Origin: Azolla caroliniana
Lineage: Eukaryota; Plantae; Polypodiophyta
Length of the DNA: 64,000 bases
Assembly: GCA_043228905.1 (NCBI GenBank)
Contig: JBHGNT010000006.1
Coordinates: 9,858,001 to 9,922,000 of the forward strand
Direction of reading: 5' to 3'
The translations under genes and the position numbers were made by a program. Below the pieces are notes generated by a model. It was not told the origin of the DNA and ran no database searches. It saw only the letters and a program-made list of their open reading frames with translations. Each line of letters begins with the position of its first letter. The stretch's first letter is position 1. This document shows positions 1 to 13,873 of this stretch, in pieces.

Positions 1-382
1 GAAGACTTGCCGAAGACAACCTCATTCCGAATGTGAAAGACGTGCACCTTGAGAAGTGCACCGATTGCTTGGCCGGCAAGAAAAACCGAACCTCCTTCTG
101 GTCAAGACCACTGATGAGACAGAATGCACCACTGGAGCTGGTGCATACCGATATGTTTCAAGTCGACACGAAGTCACATGCCGGATCGCAGTACTTCGTG
201 ACATTCATAGATGACCACAACCGGAGGCTGTGGGTCTTACCGTTGAAGACAAAGGATCAGGTGCTATCCGTCTTCAAGGAACTCCACGCGAGAATGGAAA
301 GAGAAACCGACCGGAAGTTGAAGGCGGTTCGAGCGGACAACAGAGAAGATTACCGAGGGTAGTTCGAGGAGTATTGCCGGTC
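1..382 (+). mobile_element. Ty1/copia fragment (GAG-pre-integrase and integrase N-terminus), same family as the 8058-12067 element
   Basis: ORF 33-362 has KCTDCLAGKK...LELVHTD...YFVTFIDD. It is closely similar to 8885-9260 and breaks off at about 382. Confidence 0.9.
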
Positions 383-3276
383 ATAATCGAACCTTCGAAC
401 ATGTGTTCAAACCGATCTTCATCTTGTACCTCTTGTTCGGCAGATTCCGGGTCAAGTGGAGTCAGAGTCGAAGTTGTCTTTGGTGCATACCAAGATGCGA
501 ACTCGTCGAAGACTACATCTCGACTTACCCGAACCACTCGGGTAGAAGGGTTGTAGCGCTTGTATGCCTTCTTCTCGGACGAGTATCCTATGAGGACACA
601 TTCCTCCGACTTGGCATTGGGCTTCTGTCGTTGTTCATTCGGGATGCGTACATTCGCAATCCTTCCGAACACCTTGAGGTGCGATAGGATCGGCTTCCTT
701 CCGACAAGGAGCTCGTATGGAGTTAGCTCATGCACTGCATTAGTGGTGCATTGATTCATGAGATAGATGGCCATTAGCAATGGGCACGGTTTGGCTCAAA
801 CCAAACCGAACCGTTAAGCCATGGTTTAACGGTTTATTGGTTCCAAAAAAATGTAATGGTTTTGTTTGGTTTGGATTCTCGATAAACGGTTCGGTTTCGG
901 TGCGGTTCGGTTTTAAAACTCGGGTTTATAGGTTTATAGGTTTGGTTTACAGGTTTAAAGGTTTTTGGTTAACCTTTTTTTTTTACCTTAATAGTTGATT
1001 GATGTAATGGTTTAATTAATGGTTTTTTATTGATTTAATTAATTTAATTTAAATGTTTATTTAATTTAATGGTTCAATTAAAGTTTCTTTTATTGATTTA
1101 ATAAATTTAACTTAGATGTTTATTTAATTTAATGTATTTTTGTTTCTTTAGATGTTTAACTAGTTTGACTTAAGTGGTTAGGTTTAAATTTTTTATTAAA
1201 TGGTAGGCATTGAATGTGCCGACCGGTTTCTTTTTTGACTTGGCCCTTGAGTTTTTGGAAGTGGGAGAGCACTTCACTCTTCTTCTTCATCGGGAAGATC
1301 CACGCATAGCGCGAGTAGTCGTCAATGAAGGTGACGTAGAATCAGCATCCGCTGATCGTCGGCGTTTGAGTCGGTCCGCATACATCCGAGTGTATGATGT
1401 CGAGGAGGCCTTTGCTCCTGGAGCTCTCCTTCGGGACTGGGAGTCGATGTTGATTGCCGAGTTGGCATGCTTCGCATACTCGGTTGACTCATTTCGACTC
1501 GAATGCCGGAAGTCCGATGACGACTCCCTTCAATTGCATTGCTTGATGCCATTGGAGGTTTATGTGGCCGATTCTTTTGTGCCATAACTCAATGCTTGTC
1601 TTGGTTTTGAGACCTTTGGCATACATGGCCGCTTTCACCTCGTTCGAATAAAGGATGAACATTCGATTGTCTCTCCGTCCCTTGGCTATGAGTCGGCCAT
1701 CTTTCTCGATGAAACAACCCTCGTTGTTGAAGCGGACTTGCATGCCTTGATCCACGATTCTTCATTATTGTGGGCACGTGCAAGATATTCTCGATGCAAG
1801 TTTGCTTGCCTTCTTTCCCGAATGGGACATTGCCGATGTGCCAAATGGGATGTGTGGTGTCGTCTCCCGTCTCTATGAAGCCGGTCGATCCGGTGTACAC
1901 AAGTCATTGAACCACTCTTTTGGAGATGTCATGTGATGTGAGGCGCCGGAATCAACAAACCACATGTCTTCCGAATTGGAGGTTCTTGTGGAGTCATCAT
2001 ATTTGAAGTTGGTGGCATAATTCTTGAGTTGTCGACTTGTCAAAGCCAACTCGCTTCTTCTTTTTCGGCACTCCTCCTTGTGGTGGCCAATTTTTCCGCA
2101 ATAGTTGCGAGTTGCGGGCCTCATTTGCTGACCTTGTTCGGCATGGAAGCTCCCCCTTCTTCCGAAGGTTCCTCGATGGCTTCCGTGAAGGTTTGATTTG
2201 TCTTTGTGTGATGGGCCGAATTGGCCTCTTTTACCGCTGTGACCTCGTCCTCAGCCATCGTCTAAACTTGAGAAGAACATTTGTCCTTCCAACATCTTTG
2301 TATTGATTGAAGGTCGAAGAACGAAGGAGGGTTTTCCCTTGCTAAGATTGTCATCCTGAGTCAAATTGTTGTGCGAGGTCGCCCAAGCATACTTGAACCA
2401 TCTCGTCTTCGTCAACGATTATGTTGATGGAGCCAAGCAAGTCACAAATGCTCATGATCTTGGCGGTGTAGTCCGACACAGACATATCTTTTTGCCGAAT
2501 GTTGTTCAACTCTTGTCGGAGTTGAAACTTGTGGGCAGTCGTGTTGGCGGCAAAAATTTTCTTTAAGTTTGCCCACGCTTCTTAAGGCGTATTGGTGTCT
2601 CGAATGTGGCTAAGCATGTGATCGTGGACACATGTTGCCAAGAAATACATGACTCAACTAGCCGCTTGCTCCCATGTTGAATAGTCAGCGTTCTTTCGGT
2701 TGAGCGTCGTTGATGTAGCTCCAATACCCTTGGCAGACAAGGTATTGGTTCATCTTGTACTCCCAAGATCAATAATTGCTCTGGTCTAGCTTTTCACTAG
2801 GGAGCAAGCTACCCATTTGTGTGTTCATGTTGATTGTCGTGTCTTCTGTTTTTACTTTCCTTCCTTCGGTCACGTACACATGCTATGTAGCGGCACTACG
2901 ATAGATGATAGCCGGATTTTGTCATCGACGTCTCAAACACACAATCACGAAGTCGTGTGGGCTTAGTGGATTTTCTAAACCACACGCTCTGATACTATGT
3001 TAAGAATTAGGTAATTAAGCAAGGGTTAATTAGTACCTAATTATGTGATTAAGTTAAGCACGGAAGATTATGTGATATGTGTGTGTATGTGTGTGAGAGG
3101 AAGAGAGAGAGGAAGATACACTTATGAACAACACAAGATGGAGGAAAATACTAGTAGGCTTTTGGACCTGTTAAGAATTAGGTAAGTAATTAAGTAGGGA
3201 TTAATTAGTACCTAATTATGTGATTAGTTGATAAGCGGAAGATTATGTGATAGGTGTGTGTATGTGTGTGAGAGGA

Positions 3277-3315
<39 letters not shown>

Positions 3316-3547
3316 CACTTATGAACAACACAAGATGGGGGATGAGTAACTATATTAAATTAGCTTTATCATCATCAAATACAAAAATACCCACAATTAG
3401 GTATATATAGATCTCATGTGCAAGGGTGCAGATGTGTGAGGAGAATATAGGTACAAAGGTGTAAGTCCTATATTAAATGTACTTGGAGTGGAGGATCTAA
3501 AATATCCCACTAAGTACAAGGTCCTATTTAAGGTGTTATAGTCAACA
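383..3547 (-). mobile_element. Degenerate Ty1/copia element (LTR, PBS, gag, PR, IN; 3' truncated)
   Basis: Met-type PBS (TAGTATCAGAGC, 2986-2997). LTR-like sequence starts TGTTAAG at 2998 and is repeated at 3169. Zinc knuckle remnant NYCGKIGHHKEEC, protease WFVDSGASHHMT, LWHKRIGH and integrase C-terminal HLKVFG...CVLIGYS...VSRDVVFDE. Right end is approximate. Confidence 0.85.
775..1204. mobile_element. hAT-type MITE, truncated copy
   Basis: Starts TAGCAATGGGCACGG with AACCG/CGGTT subterminal repeats. It is collinear with the complete copy at 53630-54150 but lacks the right end. Confidence 0.8.
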
Positions 3548-6500
3548 CTTCAAACTAGATTCTATCTAGGTAACTACGAAGTTACATGGTTGACTAAATA
3601 ACTAAACTATGTTGAGCTGATCTCTCAACACTTTCTTATCTCCCTTATATGGCGTGACTACGAAAGAAGGTTCACCTTCTTTCTTGGACTCAATAGTCAA
3701 TTCTTGGAATTTCTTTTCCAAAGTCGTATTGGCTTGCCTTATTTCGGCCAATTGATTCAAGGTAGTAGTGAGCAATTGCTCAATTGTGATCTCATCTTGT
3801 GTGTGAGATACAGATTGGAGTCGAGAGGTCTCGGTCAGAGAGATCACTCCAACAGTGTTCAAAATTTGTTCCATGATGCAAGTTGTGTGTACGTTGTTGT
3901 GGAGATTCACGGCCATAGTGAGAAAACCGGGGCTAATGGGAATATCAGTGGGGTGTGGCGTGAGCACTCACCCTTGTATACATGTGTAAGATAATGGGGT
4001 GCCTTTATGGCACCGAATAGGAGTTTATGTTGGGACAGAGAATCCCATGTAATATGGCATTTATCCTGCATTGTTACGCACCTCTCTCCTTGTGCTATAA
4101 GAGGAAGGGAGGGTCCCTTGTAAAAGGGATTGCCCATTTTGAGTTAGGATGGTATACCATTAGGTCCAAGGTATGATAATCTTTCTTCTTCTTACTTGTT
4201 TTCTGTTAGGGTTCTTTGAGGTCTTCTTCTTCTTCATTGTCGTGTGGGTTAACTCTTTGTGTTTGTTTAGGATTTAGTGGAGTTAAGATCTTGTATGTCC
4301 TAAGGGGTTTTCGCTTCTGCTCTATCTCCTGTGCAAGACCCCGCTCGGCGCGACAAGCCCGAGGGTCTCCAGATCGGCGGCTTGGCAACAAACTGTTGTT
4401 TTAACCTAACCTACCTTAGTCTGGCTCGAAGCCGGACCTGTACCTTGGTCTTGTAATTATATATATAAAAGGTTGTGCATATCCATGTCTCTGTTGGTGT
4501 CGGGTGCGTTTCTTTCTTTTTGTTTCCTATACATAAGATGCGTGTGTTGAGTCGGTGTTGCACGCGTGCTCTCTCTCTCTCTCTCCCTCTCTCGCGTTCG
4601 GTAGCCTCCGGTACGCATCCGGAATCGCTCCAGTTTGCGCCACAACCGGTGCAACAGAGACCGGAGAGAGTCGGCTTCCCGGCATCCATCTCTTCCTCGT
4701 TCGAGACCCCGATGGTCCCGCCCCTTTCAACACATACTCGCGGATTACTGTGACATCTTTGGTGAACCCGACGTGAAGACGAAGACTTCATGCAGTTGGT
4801 GGCAAGGGAGGATGGAGTTGGAAGACGAAGACTTCATGCAGATGGTGGCCGAAGTGGTGATAGAGTTTGGACGAGTGACGATGAGACGAGAAGCGATGCA
4901 GCAAGCTATTGAGCGAGTGGTCGAAAGAGTCGGTCGTGTCAAAGGGGACAAAGTCCCATTCTACTTGGAAGCCTACAACGCGAAAATGGAGGTGTGAGGC
5001 GTAGACGAGGCGTTGAGGCTGGAATTCTTCTGTTGGGTCATAGCTCTCCGGATGCACACGGAGGTAAAGGAGCTCCGAGAAGCTCATAGTTCGTGGGAGG
5101 CCTTCGAAGAGGCGCTCCTACAGGCATTCAGAGGACTGCCGAAAAGCCGGGGACGACGTGACTTCGACTAGTGGGTTGTATTGGTGAAGACCCACCGAGG
5201 CGCAAGGAAGGCGTTCTGAGAGTTCGAGCGGTGGCTCCCAGAGCGGGAACAAAGTCTGGTGGGGGTGGACAAAGTCCTGTTGTTCGTTAGGTCGATCGAT
5301 CGAGTGGAACAGGAGGCCATTGGAATTGAGCTCGAAGACCACGACGGAGCGAATGGCCTTATCAAGGACTGGTCAGAAGTCGAACGAGTATGCCGACGGT
5401 TGGATTAGGAGCGGTCCGCGAAAGGTAAAGGGAAGATAACGTGTGACGGGGCGTCATCACGGTAGGAGGTGGGCACGCAACAAGAAGGATCAGCGAAGCT
5501 CAATGTCGAAGCCTTGGTCCGGGAAGCGTACGAGGCTCTAAAGGCAATGGTTGGGTTTAGGGTTTAGGGTTCCGAAGACTCAGAACTAGTCGGCCTTCCG
5601 AACAAGGCGGACATGGCCCAGGCAGAGGCCGAAGAATAGTACGACGGTACCACGGGAGAGGGTGTGGAGCAAGACACCCTCTCGACTTGCGGAGAAATAT
5701 TGGCAGAGGAGGAGGTCGGGAGCGGAGAAGAGCCCTCCACGCGGATTCCGGAGACTCCGGGAGTCGATCCCGTGTGCCGACATAAGACCGGAGAGATGGA
5801 AGGCGCTAGCGAGGAGTCCTGGCACGATGCCAACGAAGATGGATGGGAAACGGCTTGTGAGGAGGTCGAGGACGGAGCTGCGGCAGAGAAGGAGGAAATG
5901 AGAGTCAGCGCTGAAGGGAGCAGAATTGGAAGTCGACCCGACCGGGGATCGAACTGGTCGGCATTCAGATTCGGATGGAGCACGATCCGTATGTGGATTG
6001 TTCGATAGGGGTCAGGTTCGGTATGAAGGTGTCGATACGGAAGAGGGTGTGGAATGAGCCACCCTCTTTACATGGGGAGAAAGATCGACCAAGGCGAAAG
6101 TTGGAGTTAGGGAGGAAGATGATCAAGGGTACAGAACGAGTCCGGCAGGATCAGCATCGGAGCTGAAACTCGGGACATTGGAAAATCAAGCCCAAGCGGG
6201 GCTTGATCGATCATAGATGCTTTCTACCGACACCACTAAAAGGGTTGGTGGCCTCAGACGAGTCGTTGGGAGTCATTTCGGAATCGGTATCCCCACATCT
6301 CATCTGGAGACTCCGGCAGCCGGCCCGATAGCCGGCGTGAGACCTAGAGAGATGGAAGATGGAGGCGGAAGCAAGACAAGGAGGTCGACGATGAGTTCGA
6401 GAGAAGAACAGGGAAGCGGAGGAACAAAGACCAGTCCTATGGGTCACCTCACACCAGGCTGGAGACTTCGGCGGTCGGCATCGGATCCGACGTAAGACCA

Positions 6501-6558
6501 AGTTACTGACGGTGGCGGCAAGAGAACGGGACCCGATAATTCAGAGAGTGACAGATGG

Positions 6559-7562
6559 TGTTGTGATGTTGCACGTCTAGTGGGAGAAAAACTGAAAAAG
6601 TGTGGTTCCACGCACATTACACAAATACTTGTAAAAATGAAAATAAATCAATAATAAATAATCCTAGTGCCTAATGGCATTGAGTGCGTATAGAGGGGTG
6701 CAAGTAAAATTTGAACCTTGCACCTCCAAGATAGGAAACAATTAGCTTGCCACTAAAGCTACTACTAAATGCTGTAGATTTATTATATTTCCTTATCATA
6801 TTCAGTATTCCATAGGAAACAAACGTACAAAACCGTGTGCACAAAACCATGGATTTAAGCCCATGGTTTTATGCATGTCATAAGCAAAACCATGTGCACA
6901 AAACCATGGGTTTAGCCCATGGTTTTATGCATGTCACAAGCATGCAGAGACCTATAAAAGCCTCTAGTTGGGCTTGTGTAAAGGGGGGTCAATTTGGAGA
7001 TCATCATCATCAATAATAATATAATACTCTTCTTATTCTTCTTCTTGACATCTATCTTCTTCTCAAGTATAAAAATCTTCGATCTTTTCAAGTGTAATAG
7101 TGTTTCCTCGACTCTTACATTCACATCGTTGTCTTTTGGACAAATCTGCCAACCTCCTCCCCGGTCCAAGACCCCAGTGGTCCCGCTCAAGCGAAGCACG
7201 CATGCATGTGCATCTTCACGACATCATTAGGTGAACCCGACGTGAATGGGCCCCTCCTTACATGGTTGGCTCTTTCCTTTCAAGAATAATCTCTCATATT
7301 CATATTGGACCACTCCTTACATGGTTGTAGGCTCCTTTTTTTCCAAGAATGATCTCTCATATTCATATCCAATCCGTTATAACATGATTCTAGAATTATA
7401 AAGAATCTATTTTCTTTGGCATTAAACGAATATTTTCTTTTACCTACTTGTCTCGTGTGTAAATCTTGCTTGTGTTAAGCGTGTGAGCCTTCATTCCTTC
7501 CAGTCCATAACCCCGGTGATTCCGCTTCACAATCCGCACATAGTGACGGATTTTTCACGACA
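6559..7562 (+). mobile_element. Nested Trp-primed gypsy LTR (6559-7223) with PBS, followed by the 3' part of a second related LTR
   Basis: TGTTGTGA...CACGACA, TATA near 6953, PBS AGGTGAACCCGACGTGA at 7229-7245. A second CACGACA end lies at 7562, with the family U5 motif at 7503. Confidence 0.65.
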
Positions 7563-8057
7563 ACGAACCCGGACGAGAACCGGGCAGAGCGGATTTCCGA
7601 ATAACCGATTCGGAAGGGAGGAAGAGGCAGTCCTATGGGGAGGCTGGAACACGGTACATCGACTTGCGGAGATGGGCAACCCGGGATAGCGTTGGGAAAG
7701 ACGAGAGGCTCAAGGAGGATCCTTCACATTGGGCTAGAGACTTCAGCAGTCGGCGTAAGACCAAGAGACTGACAGTGGTGGTGTGGGGACGAGGGCAAAG
7801 GTAGTGGATGGGCGATCTCACGGCGATCCTACGGCAATCCTCACACTGATCCGGAGACTTTGAGATGCGGTGTGGAAGTGCAGATGGGCGATCCTACGGT
7901 GATCTTCACAATCTCGCCGGGAAGGGGCCAACAAAGCGTGCATGGAAAAAGACCGGAGTTCGGCACGGGTAGCGCCGAGCGAAGGAGGACGACGGACTGA
8001 GCCTCTTTTGGGGCGTAGTCAAGAGTTATGTGACACACGAAGGTGCCTGGACGAGAA

Positions 8058-11000
8058 TGTTGGGAAATTGGTCTCTCCGGATGGGATCCAGTGATGAATA
8101 AAGAGGACCTAGTGAGGATCGGGAATCCGGAACCGATCCAAAGGCCTTGGTCACGGAAGATGACCAGAACCAGGGAAAAGGCCGGTATCAGAGTCCACAA
8201 AACCAGGACAAGTCAGAGACAAGGTCGAAGTGCTTCTATTGCGGGAAGCCGAGACACTTCCAGAAGAATTGTCGGCACTTCTGGAAAGAGAAAGAAACCG
8301 GCACCACCGATTAGAAGAAGAGTTCGGATTCAAACAGTTCGGACCGTAGGGTCCCGGGACGGAAAGGAACGTCGACAATCACGACAAGTGAAGAAGAACT
8401 GATGCTCATTACCGAAGAGAATGAGTTAAACCTTGTCGGCGATGAAACAACGTGGGTTGTCGATTCTGGAGCGTCTTTCCACCTGACACCGGACCAAAGA
8501 TGCTTCTCATCCTCCACAGTCGGTGATCATGGTTGTGTCCAGATGGGGAATGAAGGTACATGCCGACTTGTTGGCATAGGAGATGTGTTGTTGACGACAT
8601 CAACCGGATGCAAGTTGCTGTTGAAGGATGTCTGACACGTTTCGGAGGTTCAACTGAACCTGATATCAGTCGATCGACTAGATGATGAACACTACACGGG
8701 TAGCATCCGGAACGAAGTCATGAAGTTCAACAAAGGGAGTCTAATAGTGGCTCGAGCCCGAAAGATCAACACATTGTATTTGATGAATGCCCGGATATGC
8801 CAGGAAGAAGTGAACGTACCATCAGACACTGCCGGTGAGCTATGGCACAAAAGACTGTGTCACATGAGTGAGAAGGGGATGAAGAGGCTTGCCGAAGACA
8901 ACCTCATTTCGGTGAAGGACGTGCAACTTGAAAAGTGCACCGATTGCTTGCCTGGCAAGAAAAACCAAACCTCCTTCCGGTTAAGACCACCGATGAGACG
9001 GAATGCACCACTAGAGCTGATGCATACCGATGTGTGTCAAGTGGACACGAAGTCACATGCCGGATCGCAGTACTTCGTGACGTTCATAGATGACCACAGC
9101 CAAAAGTTGTGGGTCTCACCACTGAAGATGAAGGATCAGGTGGTATCCGTCTTCAAGGAGCTCCACACAAGAGTGGAAAGAGAAACCGGTCGGAAGTTGA
9201 AGATGGTTCGAGCAAAGAACGGAGGAGAATATCGGGGGCAGTTCGAGGAGTACTGCCGGTCGAAGGGAATCCGGCTCGAGTTTACTGTGCCGAAGATGCC
9301 GGAACTAAATGGGTTGGTCGAAAGGATGAACTGGACCATAATGGAGAGAGTCTGGAGCATGCTAGCACATGCAAAGTTACCCAAGATGTTTTGGGCTGAG
9401 GCACTGACGACGGCGACCTATGTGATAAACAGATCACCCTCAGTACCCTTGGATGGAGACACACCGCAAAGAGTATGAACCAATAAGGATGTGTTCGGGT
9501 GAAGGTGTTCGGGTGTCTCGGGATCTGAAGGTGTTCGGGTGTCTCGCATATGTGCATGTAGCAAAGGATAAGAGAGCAAAGCTGGATCCGAAGTCCAAGC
9601 CATGCATATTCCTTGGATACGGCGATGATGAGTTCAGTTATCGGGTGTGGGATCTGGTCGACAAGAAGGTGTTCCGGAGTCGGAACATAGTCTTCATGGA
9701 AGACAGGACCATTGCCGACTGGGATTCGGAGAAGAAGGTGATGAACTCCGGATCATTCAATGAAAACTGGCTCGAGGACACAAGGGCTTACCCGGTGGAA
9801 AACTGGACGCTAGCCAGTAACTGGATGACACTTGACGAATTGGACGGATACGAACAAGAAACCAAACTAACAGAAGAAGAAGAAGACACTAGAACCTGAC
9901 AAGATCCTGAATCGGATTCAGATGAGGAACAAATGGAGGAACCGGCAGTCAGAAACTAGGGATGGAGATATTCTCTTCGAGAGAGAAGAGCCCCCCGGAA
10001 ATTTCTGGATGCAAAGCATGTGATGCTAAGCGATGAGGGGGAGCCGAAAAGCTTCAAAGAAGCAAAGGAGACACCCACAGCCGCAAGTCGTTGAGTGCCA
10101 TGCAGGATGAGATGGATTCCTTGCATGAGAACCACACATATGAACTAATGGAGTTGTCGAAAGGGAAGAGAGCACTCCGGAATAAGTGGGTGTACAAGTT
10201 GAAACCGGGAGATGTCGGAAATCCACCCAGGTATAAGGCCCAAATCGTGGTGAAGGGCTTCTAGCAGAAGAAAGGAGTGGATTTTGAAGAGATCTTTGCC
10301 CCGTTCGTAAAGATGACATCCATCCGTACGATATTGGGCATAGTGGCAAGCATGGACCTCGAGGTAGAGCAACTGGACGTCAAGACAACATTCCTAAATG
10401 GCGACCTCGAAGAAGAGATCTACATGCACCAACTGGAAGGATTTGAGAGGAAAGGGAAGGAGCAACTGGTGTGCCGCTTGAAGAAGAGCCTATACGAACT
10501 GAAGCAAACCCCCTGGCAATGGTACCGGAAGTTCGACTCCTTCATGATTGACCAAGGGTACCACAAAACGCAAGCCGATCACGGAATGTTTGTGAAGAAA
10601 TTTGATAGAGGAGATTTCTTGATACTCCTATATGTGGATGATATGCTGATCGTCGGACGAGACCAAGGCAAGATTCGGATGCTGAAGAAGGCTCTGAACC
10701 GGACCTTCTCAATGAAAGACTTGGTTCCGGCAAGACAGATATTGGGAATGCACATCATCCGGGACCGGTCGAAGAAGCTGGTGTGGTTGTCACAGGAGAA
10801 GTACGTGACAAAGGTGCTTCAACGGTTCAACATGTCGGAGGCGAAACTGGTCGAATCGACACTTCCGGCAAACTACAAGCTATCCGGAAAAGAAAGCCTG
10901 AGGACAGAAGACTGATATGATGAAGATACCATATGCCTCTGCCGTCGGGAGCCTGATGTATGCCATGGTATGTACCCGGCCGGATATCGGATATGCAGTC

Positions 11001-12067
11001 GGAGTGGTGAGCCGTTTCATGAGCAATCCCGGCAAAGAGCACTGGAAAGGCACCTCGAGTATGTACCTCCAGTTCGGCTCTGGTAATCCCCAACTTGACA
11101 GATTCACGGATTCGGATATGTTGGCTGATGTAGATACCAACCAGTCTACATCCGGATATGTCGTGACTTATGCAGGGGGAGCTGTTTCGTGGCAGTCAAG
11201 GCTACAGAAGACGGTTGTATTGTCAACCATAGAGGCGGAGTACATGGCAGTTGTAGAAGCCGGTAAGGAGATAATGAAGGACTTCATCGGAGAGCTAGGA
11301 ATCCAACATGAGGAATATCGGCTCTACTGCGACAGTCAAAGTTCCATCCACCTTGCAAAGAACGCGGCCTACCATTCCTAGACGAAACATATCCAGCGGA
11401 GGTACCACTAGATCCGGGAGAGAGTAGAAGATCAAGAGTTCGTGTTGACAAAGATCCACATGGAGGAGAACGGGTCGGACATGTTGACCAAGGTCCTGAC
11501 AACCGACAAGTTGGACATGTGCCGAAAGCAGTTCGGGTTGACAAGACATCCCGTGCCGGAGTGAAGGAGGAGATTGTTGGGAAATCGGTCTCTCCGGATG
11601 GGATCCGGTGATGAATAAAGAGGACCCGGTGAGAACCGGAATAGAAGACATATTTGTAAATATGTTTTGAGTAAGCCTATTGAGGCTATATTTGTAAATA
11701 GCCCTAAGTTCATATAAGTATAAATATGACTTAGGCCAATCACTTTATATGTAGTTGTTATTGTCATATTGTTGTATGTGTGCCTAACTACTGTACAGAG
11801 AGAGCGAGAGAGTAGCTACGAGCACGCTCTGTTGTAACTACCATTTGGCGAAGATCGCGAGCACGAGGTCGTTGCCTCTGTGCCTCAACTTTGTATTTTC
11901 CTCTCATTTAGTGATAGTTGGAGTTCGTGGGCTCCCGTGGTTTTTTCCCTATTAGGGTTTTTCCACGTAAACATCTTGTGCCATTTCTGTGCACTCTCTC
12001 ATTCATTCCCATTTCCGTGAATCAAGACTTGGTTGTGGCCGAGCGATATTGCGCACTATTCTCCACA
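8058..12067 (+). mobile_element. Degenerate Ty1/copia element with internally deleted 5' LTR/gag
   Basis: Perfect TSD GAGAA (8053-8057/12068-12072). 3' LTR at 11575-12067 after PPT GAAGGAGGAGAT. Only about 65 bp of 5' LTR remain. CFYCGKPRHFQKNC, WVVDSGASFH, IN, RT (LYVDDML) and RNase H domains, with stops and frameshifts. Confidence 0.92.
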
Positions 12068-12776
12068 GAGAATACGGGCGGGAGGACGGATTGCTCAGGT
12101 CGGTAGCCTCGAAGAACATCAACAACCCAAGAAGGATCCTTCACACTAGTTCCGGAGACCCCGGCAATTCGGCCGACATGGCAACGTGAGACCGAGGGAG
12201 ATGGGCGATGGTGGAAAGGGGACAAGGGCAATGGTGAACAACGGCACAGGACAAGCAATCAAGGCATCACGGAGATCGACGGTGGCTAAGCGAGCTACTA
12301 TGAGATGTTCCTCGGACGCAGAGGACACCAGGTATACAGGGAAGCAAGGGGCGTGCATATGGTCGATGAAGGGCCACAAGACAAGCACGCGTACGAGAGG
12401 GGATCGCGGCAAAAGACCTATCGGTAGGTCAAACGAACCTATGGAGAGGCGAGCGCGAGGATGGAACCGGAGCCGACGGTTCGGACCGTCAAAGGCCAAC
12501 ACGGTAGCCGGGATGCAAATTACGGAAGGCTGATTGCTCACTATGGGCGGAATCTCTCACCCTTCTTCAGATTTGGCACATACCGGTAGGCGTGCGGTTT
12601 GGTGGGGGCGGATGTCGTGGAGATTCATAGCCATAGTGAGAAAACCGGGGCAAATGGGAATATCGGCGGGGTGCGGCGTGAGCACTCACCCTTGTATACA
12701 CGTGTAAGATAAAGTTTATGTTGGGACAGAGAATCCCATGTAATATGGGATTTATCCCGCATTGTTACACACCTTC

Positions 12777-13185
12777 TGTCATGAACACATGACCATTATG
12801 GCGTCACCCGGACTTGAACCTCGAACCTTGTAATTCATACTTGAAAACCTCAACCATTAAGATAGCTTATTGTTATATGAAACAATAAAAGCTACTTCTT
12901 GTATTACATTGATTATTGTAAAAACTCTAGATTATTCTAGAATGTTCTAGAATGTCCTAGAGCATTCTAGGTCTAGAACATTCTAGAACATTCTAGAAAT
13001 CTCTAAGCTATTCTATAGGAACCTATAAATAAGCGCATACATGTATTCTCAAATCAATTCGAATCAACACCAGTCTTTAGCTCTCATTACATATCTTGTA
13101 TCCATTCTCTTTCTTTCTCTATCTTATACATCCATTCTTCTCTATCCTTCTTCCATCACTCTATCTTTTATCCTTGGTTCTGACA
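12777..13185 (+). mobile_element. Solo LTR (409 bp, chromovirus-like) inserted in the 3' LTR of the 3895-13873 element
   Basis: TGTCA...TGACA termini, perfect TSD CCTTC, TATA near 13024. It is absent from the paired 5' LTR. Confidence 0.9.
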
Positions 13186-13873
13186 CCTTCCTCCTTGTGC
13201 TATAAGAGGAAGGGAGGGTCCCTTGTAAACGAGGTTGCCCATTTTGTGTTAGGAGGGTATACCATTAGGTCCAAGGTATGATAATCTTTCTTCTTCGTAC
13301 TTTCTTGTTTTCTGTTAGGGTTCTTCGAGGTCTTCTTCTTCTTCTTCGTTGTCGTGTGGGTTAAGTCTTTGTGTCTATTTAGGATTTAGTGGAGTTAAGA
13401 GCTTGTATGTCCTAAGGGGTTTTCGCTTCTACTCTGCCTCCTATGCAAGACCCCGCTCGGCGCGACGAGCCTGAGAGCTCCCCGATTGGCGGCATGGCAG
13501 CAAACTGCTGTTTTAACCTAACCTACCTTAGTCCGGTTCGAAGCTGGAGTTGTATCTTGCTCTTGTAGTTATATATATATAAAAGGTTGTGCATATTCTT
13601 GTCTCTGTTGGTGTCAGGTGTGTTTCTTTCTTTTTGTTTCCTGTACATAAGATGCGTGTGTTGAGTCGGTGTTGCACGCATGCTCTCTCTCTCTCCCTCC
13701 CTCCCTCTCTCGTGTTCGGTAGCCTCTGGTACGCATCCGGAATCGCTCCGGTTTGCGCCACAACCGGTGCAACCAGAACCGGAGAGAATCGGCTTCTCGG
13801 CATCCATCTCTTCCTCGTCCAAGACCCTCATGGTCTTGCCCCTTTTGACATGTACTCGCGGATTACCGCGACA

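Larger units (their letters stand above)
3895..13873 (+). mobile_element. Non-autonomous gypsy-type LTR element with tRNA-Trp PBS (degenerate gag, no recognisable pol), carrying nested insertions
   Basis: LTRs at 3895-4755 and 12613-13873 (TG..CA). PBS TGGTGAACCCGACGTGA follows the 5' LTR and is complementary to the plant tRNA-Trp 3' end. PPT-like GGTGGGGGCGGA precedes the 3' LTR. Gag-like remnant from 4812. Flanks are ACGT/ACGC. Confidence 0.85.

Noticed and set aside
5553-5571. Telomeric repeat GGG(TTTAGGG)2TT
   Set aside because: Too short to indicate an interstitial telomere, and it lies inside a degenerate element.
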